Positions 26,116-36,774 of a stretch of DNA of 64,000 nucleotides are shown piece by piece. Position 1 is the first letter of the stretch, and each line of letters starts with the position of its first letter. Where the stretch lies: the NCBI GenBank assembly GCA_017642895.1, contig JAEPON010000012.1:37014-101013 (forward strand), read 5' to 3'. This DNA is from Roseitalea sp. GTDB taxonomy: Bacteria > Pseudomonadota > Alphaproteobacteria > Rhizobiales > Rhizobiaceae. A model generated the notes under the pieces. It worked only from the letters and a program-made list of their open reading frames with translations. It did not search any database and was not told where the DNA came from. Both the position numbers and the translations under genes were made by a program.

Positions 26116-28455
26116 ATGGTTTCGGCGGAACAGGGCGCTCCCCGTTCAGCGATGACGAGAACATTTGGCGGCGGGCACATCAGCCCCGCCGGCGGCATTG
26201 CGCTGGTCGCCGCCGCGCTTGTGACCGCGACAATCTCCTTCATCATCCTGATCGGCCTGACGCCGATCCGGCCCGACAACCGGGTCACGATCGGCGCGAT
26301 CGTCGTCAACGGCCTGTTCGTGGGCGCGCTGCTGCTGCTGATCGGGCTGGAACTGCGCAACATCTGGCAGGCGCGCCGGGCGGGCAGGGCGGCGGCACGG
26401 CTGCATGTGCGCATCGTCGCCATGTTCTCCGTCGTCGCCGCCGCGCCCGCCATCGTCGTTGCGCTGGTCGCCGCCATCACGCTCGATCTGGGCCTTGACC
26501 GCTGGTTCGAGATCCGCACGCGGACGATCGTCGACAGTTCCATCCAGGTCGCCGAATCCTATGTCAACGAAACGGCGGTCAACCTGCGCGATTCAACGAT
26601 CAACATGGCGTTCGCACTCGATTCGCAGCGCCGCTTGTTCAACCTCGACCGTACCGGATTTCGTCGCTTCCTGACACAGCAGGCGCTCGGCCGCGCGCTT
26701 CTGGGCGCGTCGGTCATCCGGCCGGACGGCAGCGTCATCCAGTCTGCCGACATCGAGGTCGACCGGCCGCTGCCGCTGCCGCCGCAGGACGCGCTGGATG
26801 CTGCCGCCGACGGCAAGCCGGTGATCATCCCGCCGGGCACGACCAACCTTGTCGGCGCGGTGATCCAGTTGCGCGAGATCGACAATGCGCTGCTCTATAC
26901 GCTCAGAACGATCGACGCAGACGCACTCGATGCGGTGCGGCTGATGCAGCAGAACCGCGCCGAGTACCAGAATCTCGACGCCAATCAGGGAACGCTCCAG
27001 CTTGCCTTCGCGCTGCTCTATTTCGGGCTGACGCTGATCCTGCTTCTGTCGGCGATCTGGACCGGCATTGCGGTCGCCAACCGGATCGTGCGGCCGATAC
27101 GGCAGTTGATCAATGCGTCCGATGAGGTCGGCCGTGGCAATCTGGAGGTGCGCGTGCCCGTGCGGGCCTCGGATGGCGATGTCGCCCATCTGGGCGAAAC
27201 GTTCAACGACATGCTCGGCCAGCTCAAGAGCCAGCGCGACGAGATTTTGAGCGCCAAGGATGTGATCGACAAGCGCCGGCGGTTTTCCGAGGCTGTGCTG
27301 TCGGGCGTCTCCGCCGGCGTTCTGGGCGTCGATGATCGCGCGCGGATCAGCGTTGCAAACAGTTCGGCGGCCAGCATTCTCAATGGCGGCAAGCCGATTG
27401 CCGCCGGCGCGACGCTCAAGGATGTCGCCCCGCCGGTTCATGCAGGGTTTGTCAAGGCGATCGAATCACGCCGTGCCGACTATCGCGCGCCGATCTCCTA
27501 TATCGACCGCAACGGCCGCGAGCGCGTGCTCAACATCCAGGTCAATTTCGACCGCCAACCCGCCGGTCAGGCCGGCAAGCCGGCGCGCACCCATGTCGTC
27601 ACCGTCGATGACATTTCCGATCTGGTCGATGCGCAGCGGTCAAGCGCCTGGGCCGATGTGGCGCGGCGCATCGCCCACGAGATCAAGAACCCGCTGACGC
27701 CGATCCAGCTTTCCGCCGAGCGCATCAAACGCCGTTACGGCAAGGCGATCGCCGACGACGATCGCGAGGTGTTCGACCAGTGCACCGACACGATCATCCG
27801 GCAGGTCGGCGATATCGGCCGCATGGTCGATGAATTCTCCTCCTTCGCCCGCATGCCCAAGCCGGTGATGACGGCGCAGGATTTGCGGGAGACAATCCGC
27901 GAGGCGGCGTTCCTTGTCGAGGTCAGCCGCAACGAGATCACCGTCGAGCGCGATCTGCCGGACGAGGCGCTGCCTGCGGTGTTCGATGCGCGGCTGGTCG
28001 GCCAGGCGATCGGCAATGTCATCAAGAACGCGTCGGAGGCGATCGAGGCAAGGCTCGCCGGCCATCAGGACGAAGATGTTGCCGGTCATATCCTCGTTCG
28101 GGCTTACCGTACGGACGATGGCGAGCACATCCATGTCGACGTGATCGACAATGGCCGCGGCCTGCCACGCCAGAACCGGCAAAAGCTGCTCGAACCCTAT
28201 ATGACGACGCGCGAAAAGGGCACGGGGCTCGGTCTCGCCATCGTCCGCAAGGTCATGGAAGACCATGCGGGCGCGCTCGAACTGCACGATGCGCCCGACG
28301 ATTTCCACAATGGCATCGGCGCCCTGGTGCGGCTGGTCTTTCCGGCCCGCAACGGGGCAGGGGTTTCCGACGCCCCAGTCAAACAAGAACAACCCGAAGC
28401 TGACACGGCGCGCCCCGACGCGCCGTCAGAGGGTCATCCGGAGGCAACCCCATGA
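26116..28455 (+). CDS. ntrY: Sensor histidine kinase NtrY
   Basis: N-terminal TM helices, HAMP, PAS, H-box HEIKNPLTPIQLSAERI and an ATPase domain. Start uncertain (26029, 26116 or 26152). Confidence 0.88.
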   Translation: MVSAEQGAPRSAMTRTFGGGHISPAGGIALVAAALVTATISFIILIGLTPIRPDNRVTIGAIVVNGLFVGALLLLIGLELRNIWQARRAGRAAARLHVRIVAMFSVVAAAPAIVVALVAAITLDLGLDRWFEIRTRTIVDSSIQVAESYVNETAVNLRDSTINMAFALDSQRRLFNLDRTGFRRFLTQQALGRALLGASVIRPDGSVIQSADIEVDRPLPLPPQDALDAAADGKPVIIPPGTTNLVGAVIQLREIDNALLYTLRTIDADALDAVRLMQQNRAEYQNLDANQGTLQLAFALLYFGLTLILLLSAIWTGIAVANRIVRPIRQLINASDEVGRGNLEVRVPVRASDGDVAHLGETFNDMLGQLKSQRDEILSAKDVIDKRRRFSEAVLSGVSAGVLGVDDRARISVANSSAASILNGGKPIAAGATLKDVAPPVHAGFVKAIESRRADYRAPISYIDRNGRERVLNIQVNFDRQPAGQAGKPARTHVVTVDDISDLVDAQRSSAWADVARRIAHEIKNPLTPIQLSAERIKRRYGKAIADDDREVFDQCTDTIIRQVGDIGRMVDEFSSFARMPKPVMTAQDLRETIREAAFLVEVSRNEITVERDLPDEALPAVFDARLVGQAIGNVIKNASEAIEARLAGHQDEDVAGHILVRAYRTDDGEHIHVDVIDNGRGLPRQNRQKLLEPYMTTREKGTGLGLAIVRKVMEDHAGALELHDAPDDFHNGIGALVRLVFPARNGAGVSDAPVKQEQPEADTARPDAPSEGHPEATP

Positions 28456-29813
28456 AAGCCGACATCCTCGTCATCGATGATGAAGACGATATTCGCGACA
28501 TCGTTTCGGGCATATTGGACGATGAGGGCCACGAGACACGCACCGCCCATGACAGCGATTCCGCGTTGGCCGCCATTTCCGACCGCGTGCCGCGGCTGAT
28601 CTTCCTCGACATCTGGTTGCAGGGCAGCAAGCTGGACGGGCTCGAACTGCTCGATGTCATCCAGCAAATGCATCCGGGCCTGCCGGTCGTGATGATCTCC
28701 GGCCATGGCAACATCGAGACCGCCGTGTCGGCGATCAAGCGCGGCGCCTACGACTACATCGAAAAGCCGTTCAAGGCCGACCGGCTGATCCTTGTCGCCG
28801 AACGCGCGCTGGAGGCCCACGCGCTCAAGCGGGAGATCGCCGCGCTCAAGCGCCGTTCCAGCGACCATGGAGAACTGACCGGGCAATCGCCGGCGATGAA
28901 CACGCTGCGCCAGGCGATCGGCCGCGTCGCGCCGACAAACAGCCGGGTCATGATCACCGGCCCGTCCGGTTGCGGCAAGGAACTGGTCGCGCGCGCCATC
29001 CACGCCGCCTCCGACCAGTCCGCCGGCCCGTTCGTTGCCCTCAACGCAGCGGCGATCACGCCCAGCCGCATGGAGATCGAACTGTTCGGCACCGAGGCCA
29101 ATGGCACCGAACGCAAGGTCGGCGCGCTCGAACAGGCCCATGGCGGCATCCTTTACCTCGATGAAGTGGCCGACATGCCGCGCGAGACCCAGTCGAAGAT
29201 CTTGCGTGTTCTGGTCGAACAGGAGTTCGAGCGTGTCGGCGGCGTCCGCCGCGTCAAGGTCGATGTGCGCATCATTTCATCGACCGCCTTCGACCTTGAG
29301 GCGCTGATCGCCGAGGACCGGTTCCGCCGCGATCTCTACAGCCGGCTGGCGGTCGTGCCCGTGGGGGTGCCGGGTCTTGCCGAACGGCGCGAGGACATCG
29401 CCATGCTGGTCGACGGCTTCGTCAAGCAGATCAGCGCCCAGACCGGCATCCGTCCGCGCATGATCGACGATGAGGCGATGGCGGTGTTGCAGGCCCATTC
29501 CTGGCCGGGCAACATTCGCCAGTTGCGCAACACGGTCGAGCGCGTGCTGATCCTTGCGCGCGACGAGCCTGACGACCGGATGATCTCGCCGGACATGCTG
29601 CCCGCCGAACTGAGCGAGAACCTGCCCAAGGCGCCGACCGCAGAAGACACGCACATCATGTCGCTGCCGCTGCGCGAGGCGCGCGAACGCTTCGAGCGGG
29701 ACTATCTGCTCGCCCAGATCTCACGCTTTGGCGGAAACATCTCGCGCACCGCCGAGTTCATTGGTATGGAACGCTCCGCCCTGCACCGCAAACTCAAATC
29801 CCTGGGAGTGTGA
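28452..29813 (+). CDS. ntrX: Sigma-54-type response regulator NtrX
   Basis: Receiver domain (ILVIDDEDDIR), AAA+ motif GPSGCGKE and a C-terminal HTH. Overlaps the ntrY stop. Confidence 0.9.
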   Translation: MKADILVIDDEDDIRDIVSGILDDEGHETRTAHDSDSALAAISDRVPRLIFLDIWLQGSKLDGLELLDVIQQMHPGLPVVMISGHGNIETAVSAIKRGAYDYIEKPFKADRLILVAERALEAHALKREIAALKRRSSDHGELTGQSPAMNTLRQAIGRVAPTNSRVMITGPSGCGKELVARAIHAASDQSAGPFVALNAAAITPSRMEIELFGTEANGTERKVGALEQAHGGILYLDEVADMPRETQSKILRVLVEQEFERVGGVRRVKVDVRIISSTAFDLEALIAEDRFRRDLYSRLAVVPVGVPGLAERREDIAMLVDGFVKQISAQTGIRPRMIDDEAMAVLQAHSWPGNIRQLRNTVERVLILARDEPDDRMISPDMLPAELSENLPKAPTAEDTHIMSLPLREARERFERDYLLAQISRFGGNISRTAEFIGMERSALHRKLKSLGV

Positions 29814-29819
29814 TTTCCA

Positions 29820-31196
29820 ATGCGCGTCATCATCTGCGGCGCCGGTCAGGTCGGGTTCGGCATCGCCGAGCGGCTGGCCAGCGAGGACAATGACGTCTCG
29901 GTCATCGACACCTCTCAGGAGCTGATCCAGCGGGTGCGCGACACGCTCGATGTGCGCGGCATTGTCGGCCACGGAAGCCATCCCGATGTGCTCGCGGCCG
30001 CCGGCGCCGACCAGGCCGAGATGATCATCGCGGTCACGCTCTATGACGAAGTCAACATGACCGCCTGCCAGGTGGCGCATTCCCTGTTCGACGTGCCCAC
30101 CAAGATCGCCCGCGTGCGCGCGCAATCCTATCTCGGCGCCCATTTCGGCGACCTGTTCTCGCGCGACCACTTGCCGATCGACGTCATCATCTCACCGGAA
30201 AAGGAGGTCGGCCAGGTCGTTCTCAAGCGCATCGCGCTGCCCGGTGCCACCGATGTCGTCCAGTTCGCCGACGATCATGTGACGATGATGGCGATCGAAT
30301 GCCGCGAGGATTGTCCGGTCATCAACACGCCGCTGAGCCAGTTGACCGATCTCTTCCCCGATCTCAGCGCGACGGTCGTCGGCGTCTGGCGCAACGAAAA
30401 GCTGTTCGTGCCTCATTCCGCGGACCAGCTTCTGGTCGACGATCTGGTCTATGTGATCTCCAATCGCGACCAGGTGCGGCGAACCTTGTCGCTGTTCGGC
30501 CATGAGGAGACGGAAGCCCGACGGATCGTGATCGCCGGTGGCGGGAACATAGGCCATTTCGTCGCCAGCGAAATCGAGCGCAGTGGGGCGCGCACCAACG
30601 TCAAGATCATCGAGCACAACCGCGAGCGCGCCATCAGCGTGGCTGACACGCTGCGCCGCACGATCGTGCTGCATGGCAGCGCGCTCGACCAGCAGATCCT
30701 GCATGAAGCGGACATTCAGGACGCCGAACTGATGGTCACGCTGACCAATGACGACCAGGTCAATGTGCTCTCGGCGGTGATGGCCAAGAAGCTGGGATGT
30801 GAGGCGACGATGAGCCTGATCAATGATCTGGGCTATCAGAGCTTTACGGCGACACTTGGCATCGACGCGCACATCAACCCGCGTGCGGTGACGATCTCGC
30901 GCGTCCTGCAGCACATGCGCCGCGGCCGCATCCGCCAGGTGCATTCGGTGCAGAAGGGGCAGGCCGAGGTTCTCGAAGCCGAGGCGCTGGAAACCTCGCC
31001 ACTCGTCGGCGTGCCGTTGCGCGAACTCGATTTGCCCGAAGAGATCAGGATCGGGGCGATCTACCGCGACAACATCGTCGTCAAGCCCGACGGCGAAACC
31101 CGCATCAAGGCGCATGACCGCGTGGTGATCTTCGCCAAGACATCGGCCGTCAAGAAGGTCGAGCAATTGTTTCGCGTCAGCCTTCAGTTTTTCTGA
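29820..31196 (+). CDS. trkA: Trk potassium uptake system NAD-binding subunit TrkA
   Basis: Two tandem Rossmann (MRVIICGAGQVG, IVIAGGGNIG) plus TrkA-C units. Confidence 0.93.
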   Translation: MRVIICGAGQVGFGIAERLASEDNDVSVIDTSQELIQRVRDTLDVRGIVGHGSHPDVLAAAGADQAEMIIAVTLYDEVNMTACQVAHSLFDVPTKIARVRAQSYLGAHFGDLFSRDHLPIDVIISPEKEVGQVVLKRIALPGATDVVQFADDHVTMMAIECREDCPVINTPLSQLTDLFPDLSATVVGVWRNEKLFVPHSADQLLVDDLVYVISNRDQVRRTLSLFGHEETEARRIVIAGGGNIGHFVASEIERSGARTNVKIIEHNRERAISVADTLRRTIVLHGSALDQQILHEADIQDAELMVTLTNDDQVNVLSAVMAKKLGCEATMSLINDLGYQSFTATLGIDAHINPRAVTISRVLQHMRRGRIRQVHSVQKGQAEVLEAEALETSPLVGVPLRELDLPEEIRIGAIYRDNIVVKPDGETRIKAHDRVVIFAKTSAVKKVEQLFRVSLQFF

Positions 31197-31228
31197 AGCG
31201 GACCGTCGCGCGGGAGGGAAGGGGACAG

Positions 31229-32119
31229 ATGTCACGCATCGCCTATGTCAATGGCCGCTATGTGTTGCATGCGCTAGCCAGCGTGCATGTGGAGGATCGC
31301 GGCTACCAGTTCTCCGACGGCGTCTACGAAGTATGCGAAATCGCCCGCGGCTTCATGATCGACCGGACGCGGCATCTGGACCGGCTGGACCGGTCGCTGA
31401 ACGAACTGGCGATGGCCTGGCCGGTCGGTCGCGATGCGCTCGGCCGGATCATGATCGAGGTCGCGGCCCGCAACCGGGTGCGCGACGGGCTGGTCTATGT
31501 GCAGGTCACGCGCGGCGTCGCCCGGCGCGACCATCCGTTTCCGCCGCCCGGCACGCCCGCCGCATTGGTCGTCACCGCCAAGTCGACCGACCGCAAGGCG
31601 TTCGCGGAAAAGGCCGAAAAGGGCGTTGCGGTGATCACCGTGCCCGACAATCGCTGGGACCGTGTCGATATCAAGACGATCGGCCTTCTGCCGAACGTTC
31701 TGGCGCGGCAACAGGCGCGCGACAGCGGCGCCGCCGAAGCCTGGATGGTCGATGCGGATGGCATGGTTACCGAGGGCGCGGCGACCAATGCCTGGATTGT
31801 CACCACGGACAATGTGCTGGTCACGCGTCCCGCCGAGGCCGGCATACTGCGCGGCGTGACGCGCGCAACGGCGCTCGATGCGGCGGCCAAACTGGGCCTG
31901 ACCGTCGAGGAGCGCGCCTTTTCAGTGGCCGAAGCCAAGGCGGCGCGCGAGGCTTTCATGACCTCGGCAACCTCGCAGATCATGCCCGTGACCAGCATTG
32001 ATGGCGCCCCTGTCGCCAACGGTCATCCAGGCGAAACGGCGCGCGCGCTCGGCCGCGCTTTCTTCGGGGCAGCCGAAAAAATCGCGGTTCATGGCTCGCT
32101 TTCTCTTGAAAAGCGGTGA
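31229..32119 (+). CDS. Class IV aminotransferase, D-amino-acid transaminase-like
   Basis: EDRGYQFSDGVYEV and GILRGVTR are class IV PLP-enzyme motifs. Confidence 0.8.
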   Translation: MSRIAYVNGRYVLHALASVHVEDRGYQFSDGVYEVCEIARGFMIDRTRHLDRLDRSLNELAMAWPVGRDALGRIMIEVAARNRVRDGLVYVQVTRGVARRDHPFPPPGTPAALVVTAKSTDRKAFAEKAEKGVAVITVPDNRWDRVDIKTIGLLPNVLARQQARDSGAAEAWMVDADGMVTEGAATNAWIVTTDNVLVTRPAEAGILRGVTRATALDAAAKLGLTVEERAFSVAEAKAAREAFMTSATSQIMPVTSIDGAPVANGHPGETARALGRAFFGAAEKIAVHGSLSLEKR

Positions 32120-32254
32120 TCTTTTCGCAAATCTCATAATGAGACAGACGAAATCGTCACAAATGCAAAGCCATTATCGCACAGGCAGGCCGTTGAGCGG
32201 CGGTCGCGGGATGGTGATACGATAAACAAAAAGCACCAAGGCGGGGCAACAAGA

Positions 32255-32506
32255 ATGGCCGAAAGGTCGCAGAACCTCCAAGACCAGTTTCTCAACGCAG
32301 TCAGAAAACAGAAAATCCCGCTGACGATCTTCCTGGTCAACGGCGTTAAGCTGACCGGTGTTGTGACGTCGTTCGATAATTTCTGTGTGTTGCTGCGGCG
32401 CGATGGCAGCGCGCAGCTTGTTTACAAGCACGCCATATCGACCGTCATGCCCGGCCAGCCGGTGCAATTGTTCGACAGCGAAAGCGCGAGCCAGAAGTCG
32501 GAGTGA
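32255..32506 (+). CDS. hfq: RNA chaperone Hfq
   Basis: Sm motifs [40 protein letters not shown] and YKHAISTV. Confidence 0.97.
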   Translation: MAERSQNLQDQFLNAVRKQKIPLTIFLVNGVKLTGVVTSFDNFCVLLRRDGSAQLVYKHAISTVMPGQPVQLFDSESASQKSE

Positions 32507-33879
32507 CGCAACGCGTTTCCCGGTCCGAGACGATGAAGCAGGGGCGTGGCGGCGGCGTCGACCGTCGCGGCGCGCCGATGCGTGCCATCGTGCTGGCGCC
32601 GGACATCGCCAAAAGGGACAGCGACGCCGATCAGGCGCGCACGCCGATGCGGACGGCGACAGAACGGCTGGCGGAAGCGGCGGGGCTGGCGCGCGCGATC
32701 GATCTGGTGATCGCCGATGAAATGGTCGTTCCGGTCGGAAAACCGGTTCCCGCAACGCTGATCGGGTCGGGCAAGGTCGATGAACTGGCCGGGGTGGTCG
32801 CCGCCCACGAGGCCGGACTTGTCGTCGTCGACCATGCGCTGACGCCGGTCCAGCAGCGCAATCTCGAAAGGGCCTGGAACGCCAAGGTGCTCGACCGCAC
32901 CGGGCTGATTCTTGAAATTTTCGGGCGGCGCGCCCGCACCAAAGAGGGCACGCTTCAGGTCGATCTGGCGCATCTGAACTATCAGCGCGGGCGTCTGGTG
33001 CGGTCTTGGACACACCTTGAGCGTCAGCGTGGCGGGGCAGGCTTCCTGGGCGGCCCCGGCGAAACCCAGATCGAGGCCGACCGGCGCATTCTGCGCGACA
33101 AGATCAAGCGGCTTGAGACCGAACTCGAACAGGTGCGCCGCACGCGCACGCTGCACCGTGCCAAACGCAAGAAGGTGCCGCTGCCCGTCGTCGCGCTCGT
33201 CGGTTACACAAATGCCGGCAAATCGACGCTCTTCAACCGGCTGACGGGCGCAACGGTGATGGCCGAGGACATGCTGTTCGCCACGCTCGATCCGACCTTG
33301 CGCCGCGTGCGGTTGCCGGGCGGCACCGAGATCATCCTGTCGGACACGGTGGGCTTCATCTCCGATCTGCCGACCCATCTGGTGGCCGCGTTCCGCGCGA
33401 CGCTCGAAGAGGTTGAGGAGGCCGACCTGATCGTCCATGTGCACGATGCGTCGGACCCGCAGGCCGCGGCGCAGAGCACCGATGTGCGCGCGGTTCTTGC
33501 CGATCTCGATGTGACGCCCGACGATGACCATGTGATTGAGGTGCACAACAAGATCGACGCGCTGGACGACGATGCGCGCGCCGCGCTGTCGGACAGGGTG
33601 TCGGGGCAGGGCGAAGTCGCGGTCTCGGCGCTGACGGGCGCGGGGACCGATGCGCTGCTCGCATTGATCGAGGAGCGGATTTCCGGTGCGCTGGTGACAC
33701 GCCGGTTCACCATTTCCGCCGCCCGCTTTTCCGATGTTGCCTGGCTTCACGAGAATGCCGTCGTCCGAGACCGTCAGGACCGCGACAATGGCGATGTGAC
33801 CGTCACCGTGCAGATGACGCGGGACATGGCCGACGCCTATGAGCGCCGGACCGCGCGGATCGCCGAGAAAACCGCCTAG
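32503..33879 (+). CDS. hflX: GTPase HflX
   Basis: GTG 32503 overlaps the hfq stop; an ATG at 32533 is an alternative start. G-motifs GYTNAGKST and DTVGF are present. Confidence 0.92.
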   Translation: MTQRVSRSETMKQGRGGGVDRRGAPMRAIVLAPDIAKRDSDADQARTPMRTATERLAEAAGLARAIDLVIADEMVVPVGKPVPATLIGSGKVDELAGVVAAHEAGLVVVDHALTPVQQRNLERAWNAKVLDRTGLILEIFGRRARTKEGTLQVDLAHLNYQRGRLVRSWTHLERQRGGAGFLGGPGETQIEADRRILRDKIKRLETELEQVRRTRTLHRAKRKKVPLPVVALVGYTNAGKSTLFNRLTGATVMAEDMLFATLDPTLRRVRLPGGTEIILSDTVGFISDLPTHLVAAFRATLEEVEEADLIVHVHDASDPQAAAQSTDVRAVLADLDVTPDDDHVIEVHNKIDALDDDARAALSDRVSGQGEVAVSALTGAGTDALLALIEERISGALVTRRFTISAARFSDVAWLHENAVVRDRQDRDNGDVTVTVQMTRDMADAYERRTARIAEKTA

Positions 33880-33939
33880 AGCGCGTCCGGCGAAGGTGGA
33901 ATCACCGGAGCCGATAAGACAAGCGACAAAACAATCGGT

Positions 33940-33980
33940 TAGAGCGGAGCTGCGTTTCCACGAAACGCGGAAACGCTCTA
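33940..33980. terminator. Compound hairpin between convergent hflX and mazG
   Basis: Nested inverted repeats: tagagcg...cgctcta enclosing gcgtttc-cac-gaaacgc. No strong U-run, so the function (terminator or repeat element) is uncertain. Confidence 0.35.
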
Positions 33981-33990
33981 GCGGCCGCCG

Positions 33991-34827
33991 TCAGCCCTGC
34001 TTTTCCGCGCGCTTGACCGCGTTCCAGATCGCATCCATTTCGGCGAGGTCGGCCGCTTCTGGGGAGGAGCCGCGCGCGGCCAATTCGTCTTCGATCCTCT
34101 TGAAGCGGCGGACGAATTTGGCGTTCGCCTCGGTCAGCGCGGCTTCGGGTTCGACATCCAGATGCCGGCCCAGATTGACCATCGCGAACAGAAGGTCGCC
34201 ATACTCCTCCCGCACGCGGTCAGGATCGGCCTCGTCCATCACCTCGGCCAGTTCGTCGGTTTCCTCGCGGATCTTGGCAAGGATGGGCGGCGCCGTATCC
34301 CAGTCGAACCCGACATTGGCGGCGCGCTTTTGCAGCTTGAGCGCGCGCATCAAGGCGGGCAGGGCGCGCGGTACATCATCGAGCAGGGACCGAGCGCTGT
34401 CATCGCTGTTTGCCAGACCAGCGGCCCGGTGCGCTTCGGCCCGCTCGGCCTTTTCGGCCGCCTTGATTTTCTCCCACATGCCCTTGGCAAGCTTTTCGCC
34501 GCGGACCGTCTCGTCGCCGAAGACATGGGGATGGCGGCGGATCATCTTGCGGGTGATCGCCTCGACCACCGCGCCAAAGTCGAATGTGCCGGCTTCCTCG
34601 GCCATGCGCGCATGAAACACCACCTGCAAGAGCAGATCGCCCAGTTCATCGACCAGATCGAGCATGTCGTCGCGCTCGATCGCATCAGCCACCTCGTAGG
34701 CTTCCTCGATCGTGTAGGGCGCAATCGTCGCGAACGTCTGTTCGACATCCCACGGGCACCCGGTGTCCGGGTCGCGCAGGCGGGCCATGATCTCGAGCAG
34801 CCGATCGATGTCGCGGGCGGGTTCCAT
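33991..34827 (-). CDS. mazG: Nucleoside triphosphate pyrophosphohydrolase MazG
   Basis: Two MazG domains, with CPWDVEQTF...EEAYEV and EEYGDLLF motifs. Confidence 0.92.
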   Translation of the reverse strand: MEPARDIDRLLEIMARLRDPDTGCPWDVEQTFATIAPYTIEEAYEVADAIERDDMLDLVDELGDLLLQVVFHARMAEEAGTFDFGAVVEAITRKMIRRHPHVFGDETVRGEKLAKGMWEKIKAAEKAERAEAHRAAGLANSDDSARSLLDDVPRALPALMRALKLQKRAANVGFDWDTAPPILAKIREETDELAEVMDEADPDRVREEYGDLLFAMVNLGRHLDVEPEAALTEANAKFVRRFKRIEDELAARGSSPEAADLAEMDAIWNAVKRAEKQG

Positions 34828-34896
34828 GGCCGCAAACTGCGGCGGGCGCCCCGCGCTGTCATGCCGGCATTGAGAGCACGCCGCGCTTATGCACAG

Positions 34897-35367
34897 CTAA
34901 TCGGCGAGCAGGTCCTGCAATGATCCGAACGAGGATTGCCATCCGCCGCCAATGCCGCGCCGCGCATCCTCGCTGCGCACGGCAGAATGGACCAGCCGCA
35001 CCATCGTGCCTGCGCCTTTCGGCGTGAACGTCACTTCGACGCGCGATTCCGGTGTCGCTTCGCGTGCGCCGTCGGCGTGGGTGACGACATGCGACCAGGA
35101 AAAGACGAGCCTTTCGTCCTGTTCGATCTCCGCATAGGCACCCTCGAAGCCGACGCTCTGCTTGCCGGTCTTGGAATGCAGGAAGCGCCAGGCACCGCCG
35201 GGCCGCAGATCGATGTCGGCCGAATGCAACGAATTGGGTTCGAGGCCGAACCATTTCATGATGATGTCCGGATTGGTCCAGGCATTGAACACGCGGGCCG
35301 GGGAGGCGGCAAAGAACCCTTCGACCACGATCGGGTCGTCGCCCGGCTGCGATTGCACGAACTGCAT
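34897..35367 (-). CDS. SRPBCC/AHSA1-domain protein
   Basis: Start at ATG 35367 (MQFVQS). The sequence PARVFNAWTNPDIIMKWF fits an Aha1-like START fold. Typical partner of the upstream ArsR regulator. Confidence 0.8.
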   Translation of the reverse strand: MQFVQSQPGDDPIVVEGFFAASPARVFNAWTNPDIIMKWFGLEPNSLHSADIDLRPGGAWRFLHSKTGKQSVGFEGAYAEIEQDERLVFSWSHVVTHADGAREATPESRVEVTFTPKGAGTMVRLVHSAVRSEDARRGIGGGWQSSFGSLQDLLAD

Positions 35368-35368
35368 G

Positions 35369-35686
35369 TCAGTCTCTGTTTTCGGCCAGATAGCGCGCCA
35401 GATTGTCGAATTGCTGGCCCCAGAAGGCCTCATAGTCCGCCAGCCAGTCCGACGCCTCTTTCATCGGCGCGGCATTGAGCCGGCAGTAGCGGCTCCGTCC
35501 GCGCCGTTCGACGGTGACAAGGCCGGCATCGCTCAGGACCCGCACATGCTTGGAGACCGCCGTCTGGGACATGGCGAACGGGCCGGCAAGATCGGACAGG
35601 CGCGTCTCGCCGTCAGCAAGCTTGGCCAGGATGGACCGCCGCGCCTCGTGGCTGAGCGCGGCGAAGGTGGTGTCGAGTGCGTTCAT
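35369..35686 (-). CDS. ArsR/SmtB-family transcriptional regulator
   Basis: FAALSHEARRSILAKLADGETRLSDLAGPFAMSQTAVSKHVRVLSDAGLV is a winged HTH. One nucleotide separates it from the downstream SRPBCC gene. Confidence 0.88.
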   Translation of the reverse strand: MNALDTTFAALSHEARRSILAKLADGETRLSDLAGPFAMSQTAVSKHVRVLSDAGLVTVERRGRSRYCRLNAAPMKEASDWLADYEAFWGQQFDNLARYLAENRD

Positions 35687-35828
35687 GGACCTCGCATATC
35701 ACTGAACCAACTGGTTGACAATGATTGTGGCCTCATATAGTCAACCACATGGTTCAGTATCAATGAACCCGCGGCGCGCGGCGTTGTGCCGGGCGGGCGA
35801 ACCAATCCAATGTTCAAGGAGACCGATC

Positions 35829-36137
35829 ATGCCGAATTTCATCTACGCCTATCACGGCGGCAAGAAGCCCGATACGCAGGAGGAAGGCGCCAAGGTCATG
35901 GCGCAGTGGGAAGCCTGGTTCAACGAGATGGGCGGCGCGGTTGTCAATCCGGGCAATCCGGTCGGCATGTCCAAGACGGTGAGCGGCTCCGGCGTTGCCG
36001 ACAATGGCGGCGCAAATCCGCTTTCGGGTTTCACCATCGTCAGCGCCGCCGACATCGATGCGGCGGTCGCCATGGCCAAGGGGTGTCCGATGCTCGATCA
36101 CGGCACGGTCGAAGTGGCCGAGCTGATGGAGATGTGA
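35829..36137 (+). CDS. Small YCII-like / dimeric alpha-beta-barrel protein (putative)
   Basis: ATG 35829 follows AAGGAG. 102 aa. The family assignment is from overall resemblance only. Confidence 0.5.
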   Translation: MPNFIYAYHGGKKPDTQEEGAKVMAQWEAWFNEMGGAVVNPGNPVGMSKTVSGSGVADNGGANPLSGFTIVSAADIDAAVAMAKGCPMLDHGTVEVAELMEM

Positions 36138-36179
36138 CGATAGAGCAGGGCGGGGAGGGCTTTGCAGCTTCCCCGCCGT

Positions 36180-36662
36180 TCAGGTCCTGGTCGGTGGAAC
36201 AGCCGGCCGCGCCGTCTCGCCACAGACGGCGTCGATGATCTCAATGACCTGAGGCGCGTAGTAGTGGCGCTTGCTCTGGAATTCGGGCGACCGGAGATAG
36301 TCGACGTGCCGGGCTATTTCGCCGCGGACAACCTCGCGCCAATCCTTTGATCGCGTGTTCTGCAAGACCTCGTCAAAGGAATAGAGCATGTTCGCGACAA
36401 AGAATTCATACGCGACGGAGACTTCTGCGTGCGTGAGTTGATCACGTCTGGCGATGACCAGGTCCGGCCGCTCCAGGCCCTCCTGAAGGTATTGGCGAAA
36501 GAGATGTTTGGCCGTGGCCTCGCGTTGGGTCGCCCGGTTCTCGCGGATCTGGACATAGACCATGATGATCCCAAAAAGCGCAAAGATCGCAGCCAGGGCA
36601 GTGCCGAGACCCTGAGCGATTGTCGCCAGCTCGACGATTGTCAGTGTTCCCAGGTCGTTCAT
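36180..36662 (-). CDS. Hypothetical membrane-anchored protein
   Basis: ATG 36662 follows GGAGGA. One N-terminal TM helix (LGTALAAIFALFGIIMVYV) and then a soluble helical domain. No family recognised. Confidence 0.55.
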   Translation of the reverse strand: MNDLGTLTIVELATIAQGLGTALAAIFALFGIIMVYVQIRENRATQREATAKHLFRQYLQEGLERPDLVIARRDQLTHAEVSVAYEFFVANMLYSFDEVLQNTRSKDWREVVRGEIARHVDYLRSPEFQSKRHYYAPQVIEIIDAVCGETARPAVPPTRT

Positions 36663-36774
36663 GGTTCCTCCGTTCGTTCATCGTCGAGCCGGGGGGCTCG
36701 CGCGCTTGTCGCATAAGATGGATTATGGAACTATCGGCCTTGAACCATATACGGCTAACGGGAACTTCCTTGTG

